A stretch of DNA of 63,648 bases, the filler included, from Alloascoidea hylecoeti (Eukaryota): assembly GCA_001600815.1 (NCBI GenBank). It is 4 parts of 4 records of this genome, joined end to end, with 100 filler letters (N's around TTAATTAATTAA, not from the genome) between each part and the next. Parts side by side here need not be neighbours in the genome. Positions count along the whole stretch, not along the records: positions 18,241 to 45,076 come from BCKZ01000020.1; 3 more parts are not named here. The stretch is one strand, 5' to 3'. Under the pieces are notes generated by a model. The model made no database searches. It was not told where the DNA came from and was given only the letters and a program-made list of their open reading frames with translations. Below are positions 25,090 to 36,300 of this stretch, one piece after another. Each line of letters opens with the position of its first letter. Positions within the stretch are counted from its first letter, which is position 1. Both the position numbers and the translations under genes were made by a program.

Positions 25090-26238
25090 CTCTATATTAA
25101 ACTTCTATATCTATAAATACTATATTTGTAACAGCCAAAAAATTGTGAAAATAAAAAGACCTATTACTAGGCAAAAATACCTATTACTAATGTTATAGGT
25201 TCACTCTTTTTTGATTAATGTTGTTACTTTTTATAGTATTATTGCCACCATTTCCAACTTTTAACTCAAACAATACGAATAAAGGATATACATCTCTCCT
25301 CTTTTTCTTTTTTTGTCCATAGCACCTAAGTGATTCAGAACAAAGCTTTGTGGAGTCCTTTTCAATCATTTTTGACCATTGTGATTCTGATAAACTATTC
25401 TCCTGTTGATAATATCTTCTGTGATATTTTCTAACCAAAAAAACTGTTACCGCTCTTAATATTAATTCTTTTCTTTCCATATAATTAAAATCAAGAAAAG
25501 ATTTCACTTCAATTTCCTTTTCTTTTAGTTCTATCACCTTTTGGTTATAGGACCATTTTTTTTTCTTTTTAAGTTCACATGTAGAGAAAGCATGTTCAAA
25601 GGATAATTCCAACTTTTCACAGCAAGGACATCTTTTGTCTTTAAGGTTGTTGTAAAAATGTAGATATGAACCAGTGCAGAATATTTGGTATTTATCTATT
25701 ACGTTTGATAAATATAAATTACTTTTGTGGATTGTTTTCCATAGCAAACCTCATTTATTGACTCCAATTTCGTAGATTTTTTTTTATTTCTTTTGGCACT
25801 AATACTTTTTGGTTTGCTTTGAAAAATGTTTTACAAATGCCCCTCCAACTGAATTTGTCGAGGAGTCCTCTACTTTTAAATTTTGAGGTTTTGCTGACTT
25901 ATTTATCAAGTCCATGGATTGATTGAAATCTTTAATTGCCCCTAAACTTTTATTTTTAATATATTGTTAGTTTATGTCACCAACTTTTGTGGTTTCCCAG
26001 AAATGGGCTATATATGTGTTCCAGGGCTGGATTATTTTGAGGTTTTGCTTACAGCATTGGAGGTATTGCACGTTTTCTGTCGAGAAGATATTTATTATTT
26101 ATTAATAACATTTGATCCCAATCCAGATGTGGTAAATTATACCATTCGTTCCCCGATTGTGATTTGGAGATCCTCATCGTCATTGGTTAGCAGTGATGGA
26201 AAATGGTAGGAATGACGCCTATCAAACCATAACCTCCT
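25090..26238 (-). mobile_element. LINE ORF2 3' fragment (post-RT GGYGL to C-terminal Cys/His motif and 3' UTR), family 1
   Basis: RGGYGL follows the A-run directly. ORF 25193..25747 contains CPCCEKLELSFEHAFSTC. The 3' UTR is shared with 26275-26405. Confidence 0.8.
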
Positions 26239-26405
26239 CTTTTTTTTTTTTTTTTTTTCAAGTGGCCATTAAGGCTCTATATTAAACTGCTTTTTTTAAA
26301 AATACTATATTTATAACCAAAAAATTGTGAAAATAAAAAGACCTATTGCTAATGTTATAGGTTCACTCTTTTTTGAGTAATGTTGTTACATTTTATAGTA
26401 TTATT
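26239..26405 (-). mobile_element. Short 5'-truncated LINE copy with poly(A) tail (family 1)
   Basis: 26275-26405 matches 25090-25243. The T-run at 26239-26258 is poly(A) on the minus strand. Confidence 0.75.
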
Positions 26406-26429
26406 TTTTTCTGCGAATAAAAATATTAA

Positions 26430-26512
26430 TGAAGGATGCGAGGTTCGAACTCGCGCGGACACCGTCCAGCAGATCTTAAGTCTGCCGCCTTAGACCACTC
26501 GGCCAACCCTCC
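26430..26512 (-). tRNA. tRNA-Leu (UAA)
   Basis: Minus strand reads GGAGGGTTGGCCGAGTGGTCTAAGGCGGCAGACTTAAGATCTGC...GTTCGAACCTCGCATCCTTCA, with a long variable arm. Confidence 0.97.
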
Positions 26513-27294
26513 AGAATTACTTCTCGCAGGGTCACTCTCTTTTATACACTTTTGTACTTTCTGGATCTTCCTCCCAAAAGAGAAATAAAGAAGAAGATGA
26601 GGTTTTATACTCTTAGAGTGACTTCCTTGATTTAATAGTTTTTAGTTAAAAGATTTAAATTATTTAGATATTTTAATTAGAAATTATATGTAAAACTAAA
26701 AAAAAAAAAAAACCCCAACTAACCTATAGGTAAAGTTATAGCAATATTTATATACTTAAGTGTTCAGTATCCACTGCTCAGTTTTGATTCTACTTAGGTC
26801 AGAATAAAAGAAAGGAGTTAAATCAGCATTTGTACAAACGTTATCAATGAGATTAAGTGTAAATTACAAAGCAGTAGTTTACACTTTGACCTTCTCAAGT
26901 AATCGGAAAAAATTCCCAGGCCTGTTCATTTTCCCAAAAGGCACTCCCGAAAACACGAATAATTGTGCACTTTCAGAAAGTGCTTAAGCTTCTTTTGTTC
27001 GAGGAGCTATTTTGCCAGAAAAGTTGTTGGTGTATCTGAACTACTACCTAAGGTTACAATTGTTAGAAGAATAAAATATACGAAAAGTTAATAATAAATT
27101 AAATTAAATAGATGAAGCATCAGGAAGCTCATTAATGTTAGATTAAGTAGGTTCCATAAAAAATCATTATAATTCATCGACCTCAAGGAAAGAAAAAAAA
27201 AAGAAAAGATTTCATTATTGTAGTGGGTTTTGTAATTATAAGAATGTAAAAGCATAAGAAATAGAAGAATATATGCAATTTCGCAGTATAATTT

Positions 27295-27468
27295 TTAAAG
27301 ATAAAAAACATAAAATGAATAAAAAAAAATGAATAAATAAATAAGACTCAAGTTTTTAGGTATTGGATTTAAATAGAATAATATAGATATAGGCGAGTTT
27401 GCAATATTATTTTTAAAGATAAAAAGGAACATAAAGAGAATAAGATAATAAATAAGACTCAAGTTTTC
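27295..27468 (+). repeat. Imperfect direct repeat of about 60 bp in the PSP1 3' region
   Basis: TTTAAAGATAAAAA..CATAA..AATAAATAAGACTCAAGTTTT occurs twice. Confidence 0.6.
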
Positions 27469-27483
27469 GATTATGGTCGTTTA

Positions 27484-28875
27484 TTATTTATACTTAAATA
27501 ATGTAAGATGGCTGGGGTCATAGATGTTATTATCACTGTGATTTTGGTTATTGGAAACTTGTTGAGCTTCAACTTGAGGTTGGCATTGTTGGATTTGATA
27601 TTCATCAATTTCATTAGCAATGTTCATATCCTGAAATTGGTCTGAAATATCTGTATTCCCATTAGTACTATTCCAATTAGTACTCTTCAAATCAATATGC
27701 CAATAATGTCTTCTACGCATCTTACGATATCTTTCTCTATCCCTTTCACCATCTAGAAATCTATTCGTACAATAAGGTATACCCAAATCAGAAATTATAG
27801 TCTTGTCAGCACCAGGAACCGGAAAGTTCAAACTATTCGAAGCATAAACAGCAGCAGGAACTGAATATGAACAAGGAATAGTAGCATCTAAATGTGAGCG
27901 TAAATTCAAAGAACTAACAAGCTGTGAGGGTGAATGCGGAGAACTAGCAAACCGTGAACCTGAATCCCAAAAACAATGTTTAAAAATATTATAATTATCA
28001 AGAAATTCATCTCTAGATTTAGGTTTTCTCCTTGGTGGAATATTTATATGTTTTTGCATCTGGTTTCTGAATTGATCATCCAATCCTCCAGGAAGAATAC
28101 ACATCCAAATCCTAATATTAAAAATATTAAATAGAATTCTATTTAAGCTTGTAAAATTAACTTTTCTTGAGCATTTATAGTAAATAGTTAATTGATTTTT
28201 ATCCGATTGAAATTCACAATAAATCATATTCATTAAAGTTGATCGATCCATTTCTTTTTCTCTGTATTGTTTAATCAATTTTTGACGGCAACATTGTAAA
28301 GCATATCTTTCCTCCTCATCTTTAAAATAAACTTGATTAGCCTCCAGAGGTTCAGCCAATCGAATGATTTCTTTTGGCTGACGAAGGACAAATTTCTTTC
28401 GTATATGAGTAAAACTAGTCGCAACGAGGGCATCTTGTTCAACTTCATGCTGTTTAAATTTCAGGTAACGGACTTCATCAACGGGAACATTACAGCGGAT
28501 CACTTTTCCGATGTCCTCGCAGCCTTTTTCAGCATTCACCATAACTAGGTCATTTTCATCAATATGAAAGTTACTTTCGGCGCTAGTGCAGTAGGCATCC
28601 ACCCGTCCAGCTTTGAAGGCCACAAGGTACAACTGGTGGTGGAGTAACGAGAGAGGTAATCTGGGTAGTCTTCGGAGGATGGAGCAATCAGCCGCCAGGT
28701 CTTCTATGACTGTCTTGTAGGAGGGTACATGGTATGAATGCTCAGGGGGAGCAGTAAAATAAGGACTGGCAAGCTCATAGGCATTCTTCTGTTCAGGAGA
28801 GGAAGATATAAGTTTATATATGTTGTTGTTTAGCTGTTTTTGAGAGTGGGTGTCGCTATCCGCATCGGCAAACAT
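27484..28875 (-). CDS. PSP1: PSP1 C-terminal domain protein (Psp1/YLR177W family)
   Basis: LYLVAFKAGRVD, DLVMVNAEKG.DIGKV and EFQSDKNQLTIYY..VNF..IFNIRIWMC motifs. First ATG is at 28875. Confidence 0.85.
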   Translation of the reverse strand: MFADADSDTHSQKQLNNNIYKLISSSPEQKNAYELASPYFTAPPEHSYHVPSYKTVIEDLAADCSILRRLPRLPLSLLHHQLYLVAFKAGRVDAYCTSAESNFHIDENDLVMVNAEKGCEDIGKVIRCNVPVDEVRYLKFKQHEVEQDALVATSFTHIRKKFVLRQPKEIIRLAEPLEANQVYFKDEEERYALQCCRQKLIKQYREKEMDRSTLMNMIYCEFQSDKNQLTIYYKCSRKVNFTSLNRILFNIFNIRIWMCILPGGLDDQFRNQMQKHINIPPRRKPKSRDEFLDNYNIFKHCFWDSGSRFASSPHSPSQLVSSLNLRSHLDATIPCSYSVPAAVYASNSLNFPVPGADKTIISDLGIPYCTNRFLDGERDRERYRKMRRRHYWHIDLKSTNWNSTNGNTDISDQFQDMNIANEIDEYQIQQCQPQVEAQQVSNNQNHSDNNIYDPSHLTLFKYK

Positions 28876-29299
28876 ATTATAACAAACTGGAGATGTAAAA
28901 GTGAACAAAAGGACAGCCTTTTATAAATTGATTTTTCAAATCTTTATAACATATTAGAGTTGCTAAGCTAGCTAGCATTGTTAGCAATACAGAAAACGTC
29001 TTCCCTGCATATCCATACATAATCATCTGTGTCCCTGCAGTAGAACCAACCACAGCGGATTCTACACCACCATGTCGCCAACGGGATGAATTACCATACC
29101 TCCAACAAGATAATTTCACTTAATTAATACATAATTATATATGATTAAATTTTTTTTAAGAAGGCTTAAGTAGATTTCTCAAAAGTGTAATAACAACGTT
29201 TTTAAAATTGGATATAAGAAATATTGTAAAAAGTAGTTTTATAGATGTAAAAAGATAAACAGTATGATCATGACTGATGGAGCTGCTGCAGAAGGAAAA

Positions 29300-29920
29300 A
29301 GGGAAAAAGGTATATTTTGGTACAAAAGTGTAAAAACTCTTAAATAAGATATAAATCTTATAAGTTACTTAGGACACCAAACACTTATACCGCAACTACC
29401 ACAGAGGATCACTATCCTGATGTCAGCAGCTTTACAATATGAAGAGGAATATGCAATCCTCATGGGAGAGATTCTTGAAAATATCCCAGTAAAAGGTTAG
29501 AAGATTTAAAGTTGAAATCAACAGATAACAACTGGAGAAACTTCCCAGATGAACTTCCATTGATCAGCGGATGATTCAATAGGCAATGAATGTAACTCTA
29601 AATTACTATTTTGAGATACATGAAAATTGAAATAAATAAATACAAAGAGATCGATCGCTACAATACCGTTCAGATATATATTGTCTAATAGAATTCAATG
29701 ACAAAACAGCAAATAAGTAAATTTATCAATGAACCCGCAGACAAAACAATGGGGGAAGAAAAGATTTAAGGATATAGAAAGTAAGTTAGTTACCAAACAG
29801 TAAAATGTACAAAAAATCTAAAGCGATTATAAACCAAATAGATATCGATGTCTGAAGGAATTTCTAGGGGTGGAAAGATACAAGAATTCAAAGAATTCAG
29901 AGGAAAAACACTGGATTCAT
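29300..29920 (+). mobile_element. Highly degenerate Ty3/gypsy integrase relic
   Basis: Broken frames IFW..TTEDHYPD..NNWRNFPDELPLI..VQKI/KAII follow the same order as FW..STVNHPD..DDWEEYLPI..VEKIKAIL of the integrase at 56423-57355. Confidence 0.4.
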
Positions 29921-31540
29921 CTGTTTAACTTATTATATACGTTATAATTTAACCTCTATGATCCAATCCAATAAAACGCAAAAAGGTGGTGACATAAATG
30001 AAATACTGTTTTGGCACAAAAATATTGATTCTTTCCACTTTTCACTTCTTTCTACAAAAAGTTAAATATAAATACTGAAATATATATACGCATAATAACT
30101 CAATTTTTAACTTAATCCAAAAAAAAAGAATGATTCCTGGTTTGGCAAGACGAAACTGAAGCGCTGAAAAAGTTAGAATGCACTACATGAGCAACAGGTT
30201 TGGGCTCTCTAATCGCAACGTTTCAGAAAATATGAACTTGTAAATTCTTCAAGTGATTAAATAGTCCAGACCCCGGTATTCCAAGATTCGAACCCCGAGG
30301 ACGAAAACTAATAAATGTGACAAATGTCAATACGCGCTTTCTGAGAATTATTTGTCGTGAGTAAATTACGCCAAACAATCACCAGTGCAACAGTCAAAGC
30401 GTACTTGTCGATTGATATAAAATGTCACAGGAAAGTTCATAAACTCCTATTGTTGAAAATACAAGTCGGCAAAAGAAAAAATGGGGGTTTAAAGCTTAAA
30501 AACGACTATAATATGATAAAGTTGTAATTTGGTTAGATGATTCGAACTAACAATTGTATACAGCCTTACCCATTTCAGCTTGTAAAAGAGAATGAACAAA
30601 AATTTAGAGACTTCTATAATCAATATTCACATATCGGTGATGCTTAAGAACTGCTAAGAAATTATGATTATAATTAAAAGCTAAGAATTCCAATTAATAT
30701 TAAGTGCCTTGAGAATTATAAGAGGAATATATACTAAAATATAAATTAAAAAAAAACATCGATATTTAGCTATGAAAAGAGTAGAAGTTTTTCAGTATAT
30801 GTGTGATTCCCTCAGTTGAATAGTTAATTGGGGATTATATTTTTAAAGTGTTAAAAAGAATATATCTCCTTATACAGCTAAGGTTTTGCGGGGAATTAGA
30901 AATCCAATTCAGTTGCCGTTATCTAAATCTTAATAATCAAGATCGAAGATTTTGAAATTCCAATTGACTTTGCAGAAAATTTGATGTTCTAGATTGAATA
31001 TTGAAAACAACAAACCATGATTTCCCGCCCAGTTTGAACAGCCAGTAGGTCTTATACCTATCTGTCTACAAGTTTATTATAGATTATCATATATGTTTAT
31101 ATATAACCTAATTATGGCAAATTGTTACTTGAAATCAAAGACAAGTACCCGGAGTTTTGTTATAAGTTAGTCTAAACCCGCTCATTTGATATGAAAAGAC
31201 TGAGCAAGAAATCAGGTTTTGCACTGTTATTTACATACATACCTGGAGAATCAGTGGAGATGATTGTGTTATTACTTTTAAATGAGTTACTTTTAAATGA
31301 TATTGAGACAGTTACGACGAGAAAATTACGAAGTGAAATGATTAAATATTAAAGCCATAAATTTGTATTTGCTTATATATATTTATTCTGTATATCCCAA
31401 TAAAATATGAAAAAAAACTTTTTTTTTTGTAGTTTGATCCTTTTACAAACATTAATATTACTATTCAGCCATTTAGTACAAGTGGTAAAAACTATGAAAA
31501 CCCTTTTACCATTCATTTAGTCTCCCCTTTCTTATATATA

Positions 31541-32812
31541 TTAGTTTTCTTGTATCGTATTTGAAGTAATATCATCAACTTTTCTTTTCTTTAAAAGAGG
31601 AACTTCAGAATTATCATCAGTTGGTTTAACAAGAGGAGTTGAAACAGATTGATGAAAATCTTTAATTATTGAATCAACATCATCAATATTTAAAGCTCTT
31701 ATATCTCCCAATTGTTTAATTTTTGCAGTAACTTCTTTACATTGAGCATCAGATAAATTTAAATTTAATTGATCAACACGAGATTTAATTGCATTCCAAC
31801 CAGTTAATCTATTTGCAAAATGAATATATCGTGTAAGACCAAAATCTTCAGGTTTCAAAATTTCATAAGTTGATGGATTAGCTAAGATTGCCTTTGCGTG
31901 AATACCAGCCTTATGTGTAAAGGCACAGAAACCAGTAATGGGATTGTTAAAAGGAATATTAACTTGAACAGCTTCAGCTACCAATATTTCTAAATCTCTT
32001 AATTTGTGTAGTTTATATTTGGAAAGGACATAATCTCTATCAGCAGCAATCATTCTTGCCATAAGACCACCTAAAGAAGTGATACCATTTCTTTCACCAA
32101 TGCCTAGTACTGAAACATCGATTAATTTAGCACCAGCTTCTAAGGCAGTATAGGCATTTGCAATAGCACAACCAGTATCATTATGGAAATGACATTCAAT
32201 ATCACAAGAAACCACCGATTTCAAAGTTCTAACCAATTCATAAACTTGTCTTGGATTAGCACAACCAACAGTATCAGCAATACCCACCCTATTAACACCA
32301 ATTTTATCAACAGTTCGGTAAATATTTAATAAATCAACAAGATCCGATCTAAAAGAATCTTCTGAAGAAAAACGAATTTCTATATTATGGGCTTTAACAA
32401 ATTCTATAACTTCAATAGCCGATTTTGCAATATAATTCATATCTTTACCATGAGAATAAGTTCTTAAGAATTGGGAAGTACCGATAACAACATCCACACC
32501 ATCAACACCCGTTTCAACAGCAATCCTTGCATCATCCATATGGCATCTTATATGTGTCAATATTTTAGCTTTTAAACCTAGTTTACAAATTGCTTCGCAG
32601 TCCAATCTTGATTGTTCAGAAGCAGCAGGAGAAGTCAGTTCGATGTAATCAACACCGAAATCATCTAAAGCTTTGGCAATTTCAATTTTCTTGGCAGTAT
32701 CGAAAAAAGCATTTGCAAACTGTTCACCTTCTCTTAGAGTAGATTCAATTAATTGGAAGCCGGAAACATTTGATAGAAAGTCTTGAGGATTAGCAGCGTA
32801 TGGGTTAGCCAT
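31541..32812 (-). CDS. LYS21: Homocitrate synthase
   Basis: [29 protein letters not shown] and [10 protein letters not shown] motifs, C-terminal KKRK. ATG at 32812 (MANPY). LYS20 and LYS21 cannot be distinguished. Confidence 0.96.
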   Translation of the reverse strand: MANPYAANPQDFLSNVSGFQLIESTLREGEQFANAFFDTAKKIEIAKALDDFGVDYIELTSPAASEQSRLDCEAICKLGLKAKILTHIRCHMDDARIAVETGVDGVDVVIGTSQFLRTYSHGKDMNYIAKSAIEVIEFVKAHNIEIRFSSEDSFRSDLVDLLNIYRTVDKIGVNRVGIADTVGCANPRQVYELVRTLKSVVSCDIECHFHNDTGCAIANAYTALEAGAKLIDVSVLGIGERNGITSLGGLMARMIAADRDYVLSKYKLHKLRDLEILVAEAVQVNIPFNNPITGFCAFTHKAGIHAKAILANPSTYEILKPEDFGLTRYIHFANRLTGWNAIKSRVDQLNLNLSDAQCKEVTAKIKQLGDIRALNIDDVDSIIKDFHQSVSTPLVKPTDDNSEVPLLKKRKVDDITSNTIQEN

Positions 32813-32929
32813 TGTGAAATGTGGATCGATATAAACAACAGGCTTAGAACAAGTTGGAGAAGAGTGAAAAATGTGAAAGAAACCGAAGGAAATTGGTACT
32901 TTAAATATAGGACAATAATAACCAGCCCC

Positions 32930-33350
32930 AGCCAATGGGAAGGGAGGGCGATGCGTCACAACTGCCATTCTGCACACGTGACCGCAGATGACTCACCACA
33001 AAAACCTTCCCTTTCGACGTGCTGACGTGTACTGCGGGCCGCGGCTGCTCGGCGTACACGTCAGCACGGCAGCGGCCATCTGGACGGAGGCGTTACCCGG
33101 CCAGGTGCCGATGGAAAGGCTCGACGCGACCGGCACAGATACTAAGCCAAAATGCGTGCTGCTGACGGTGCCCTCGTCCCGTGACCTGCCCCCAGCCCCG
33201 TCCCGTGACCCGCGTGGACCCGACCCGTGCCGTCGCTTACACACGTTCCTTATTTTACCGAGGGTGGAGCGGCGGGAGGGTTGGCACTGAAGAATTGGGA
33301 GATGCGCTTTTGTTAGTAGAGAGCTGGCGCAGAATATAAAAACGACGGGT
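32930..33350. promoter_or_regulatory. GC-rich divergent LYS20/21-MOT1 promoter
   Basis: CCAAT at 32932, CACGTGAC (Cbf1/Tye7-type) at 32975, TGACTCA (Gcn4) at 32989, a 15-bp inverted repeat at 33018-33068 and TATAAAA near 33335. Confidence 0.7.
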
Positions 33351-33397
33351 TTCCCTTTTTTTTCCCTACACATCCACACAACTCTACATCTCCAAAA

Positions 33398-36300
33398 ATG
33401 TCCAGGTATTTTGATTTTATCCATCCTTTCTTCTTTTTCCACAATGGCATTCTCAACTAACTACCTTTTTTCTTCCATCTAGACTCGAACGATTAGTCGT
33501 GTAAGTACCATATTTATTAGTTCATGCCTCCATACACTGAAATATATATACTAACTTATTATTTAGTCTCATAGACACAGGTTCAACATCTTTCATCCGT
33601 TCAACGGCTGCTGATCAATTAGCTGATCTAGCAAAAGGTCATCCTGGTGAAATCTTGAATCTTTTATCTCGTGTTTATCCGTATTTAAAATCAAAAAAAT
33701 GGGAAACTCGGATTGCTGCTGCTAGAGCTGTTGGTGGTATTGTTTCACATGCTGAATTATGGGATCCTAATAAATATGATGAGAATCCTAAAATAGAAGA
33801 AATAATTGAAGATGATTTACACAAAATAAATATAAAAGAAGAAAATGATGATAATGAAAATGAGAATGAGAATGTTAAAATCGAAGAGGATAAAATAGAA
33901 GACGTTAAAATGGAGGATGTTAAAATGGAAGACGTTAAAATGGAAGATGCCGATATATCAATTAAAAATGAATCTCCTTCAATAAAATCAGATCCAGATA
34001 GGAAACCATCACCATTAAATTATGATAATTTATTAAAATTTTCAACTTTTTCAATTTCAGAAATATTAGAAAATGGTATAAAATTATTAGCAAGTGGTGG
34101 TAATGAATATAATGATTTAAATAATAATATCAATAATGGTGATTCAGATGAAGCATTGAAAAAACAAAAAATTTCGGATCCATGTATAAAACAAGGATTA
34201 TCTATTGATTTAGGTTCCGACAATAAATTATTAGAAAATGAAATTATAACTCAACCTACTCCAATTAGAGGAAGAAGACCAAGAGGTGGTAAAAAAGACA
34301 CGCGGCACATTCCTACCTCTACTCCTCCTCTGATATCAAATACAAATGGAACAACACCTGAAAAACCTGTTACAAGTGCTAGGCTTCGTGCTATGGCAAA
34401 AAGAAAAGCAAAATCTAGGAGTCATTTACCAAAATCTACTCCAGTTAATATTTTACAATCTTCAGTATCTCGTCGTTTAGAAAATACTCAACAATTACAA
34501 TCACCAAATTTAGATCATCAAAAACAACCAATCATTCCTAATCCAAATAGTATTAGTATAACTCCTCAATCTCAATCAAATAAAATGGTTATTGAACATA
34601 AACCTCCTGAAATTCCAACTGAATTATCAATGGATAATCCATTTGATGGAATAGTTTGGCCATTTCAAGGAATTTTTGAATTATTATTAGTTGATTTATT
34701 TAATCAAAATTGGGAAACAAGACATGGAGCAGCATTAGGATTAAGAGAAATTGTTAAAATTCATGGTCCAGGTGTTGGTAGAATAAAAGGTAATTCAAAA
34801 GAACAAAATGATAAAAGTTGTAAAGTTCATTTAGAAGATTTAGCATGTCGTTTATTATCTTTATTAGCATTGGATAGATTTGGTGATTATGTTTCCGACC
34901 AAGTAATTGCACCTGTTAGAGAAAGTGCTACTCAAACTTTAGGTGCTTTATTAATTCATTTAAATGATTCAATTGTTTTTGAAATTTTCAAAGTTTTATA
35001 TCAATTAGTAATGCAAAAAGATATTTGTTTAAATCTTAAATGTTGGGAGGCTTCACATGCTGGTATGCTTGGTATTAGATATCTAGTTAGTGTTCGAACT
35101 GATTTATTATTTACAAATAATCTTTTATTAGATGGTGTTGTTGAAATGGTAATGCATGGTTTAAAAGAAGATGATGATGATGTTCAAGCTTTATCTGCTG
35201 CAACTTTAATTCCAATTGCTGAAGAATTTGTTCGTTTAAAAAAAGATTCTGTTGAAGATTTAATTAATGTTATTTGGAATTCTTTAACTGATTTAAAAGA
35301 TGATTTATCTGCAAGTATTGGAAATGTAATGGATTTATTGGGGAAATTATGTGCTCATAAAGAAGTTTTAGATATTATGAAAAGAAATGCATCTATTGAT
35401 TCAACAAAATCAAGTTCAATGTTAGTTCCAAGATTATATCCTTTTATGAGACATTCAATAACAAATGTTAGAAGAGCTGTATTAGATGTATTAATTTCAT
35501 TCTTAATGATTGATGATGAAAATAATAATCAAGAAGATGATCAAAAATCAGATTTTAAAGGTTGGGTAAATGGTAGAATTTTAAGATTAATTTTTCAAAA
35601 TTTATTAGTTGAACAAAATGAAATTGTTTTAAATTTATCAATTCAATTATTTGAAAAATTAATTAATGAAATTTCAAATCATCCAAATCGTTATAATATG
35701 AATGAAACTTTTGAACCTCATTTAGGTCCAATGTTATCTTTATTAATGACTCCAATTGGTGTTCAAAGAAATACTTATAAAATGAATACAAATTTATTTA
35801 TACGTCCTTCTGGTGCTATATATAATGCTAAAGAGTTTAATGATTTAACTAATGGTAATGATGATGATAATGATGATGATGATGACGATAACAATGTACT
35901 TAATGGAAGTGGTACAAATGGTATAAGTCAATATAAAAAACAATTAAAACGGAAAAGAAGTATTGCTCCTAAAACATCAACAGATATATCTCCATTAGGA
36001 TTTGCAATCAGTGAAAGTGATAGAATTAATATTGACGGACCAATATTTATGGGTGATGTTTCATTAGTAGGAATGGATGTTATATTAAGAATGAGAATTG
36101 CTGGTGCTATTGCAATTGGTAAATTATTATCAGTTTGGGATCAAAATAATGAAGAACAATTAAAAAATTTTACAACTTCTTTAAAATCGTATTTATCAAG
36201 TCAATTTGCAACTACAAGATTAATATCATGTTTAATATTAGAAGAATATGCAAGATGTGTATCTGAATTAAACAAAAAACCATCTGAAATTATAACTTCT

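Noticed and set aside
30271..30300. GGTTCGAATC B-box-like sequence on the minus strand
   Set aside because: T-stem pairs poorly and there is no A box or cloverleaf. At most an isolated TFIIIC site.
32813..33442. LYS N-terminal extension and ORFs 32783..33025, 32988..33290, 32993..33442
   Set aside because: Open only because the promoter is GC-rich. Conserved starts are at 32812 and 33398.
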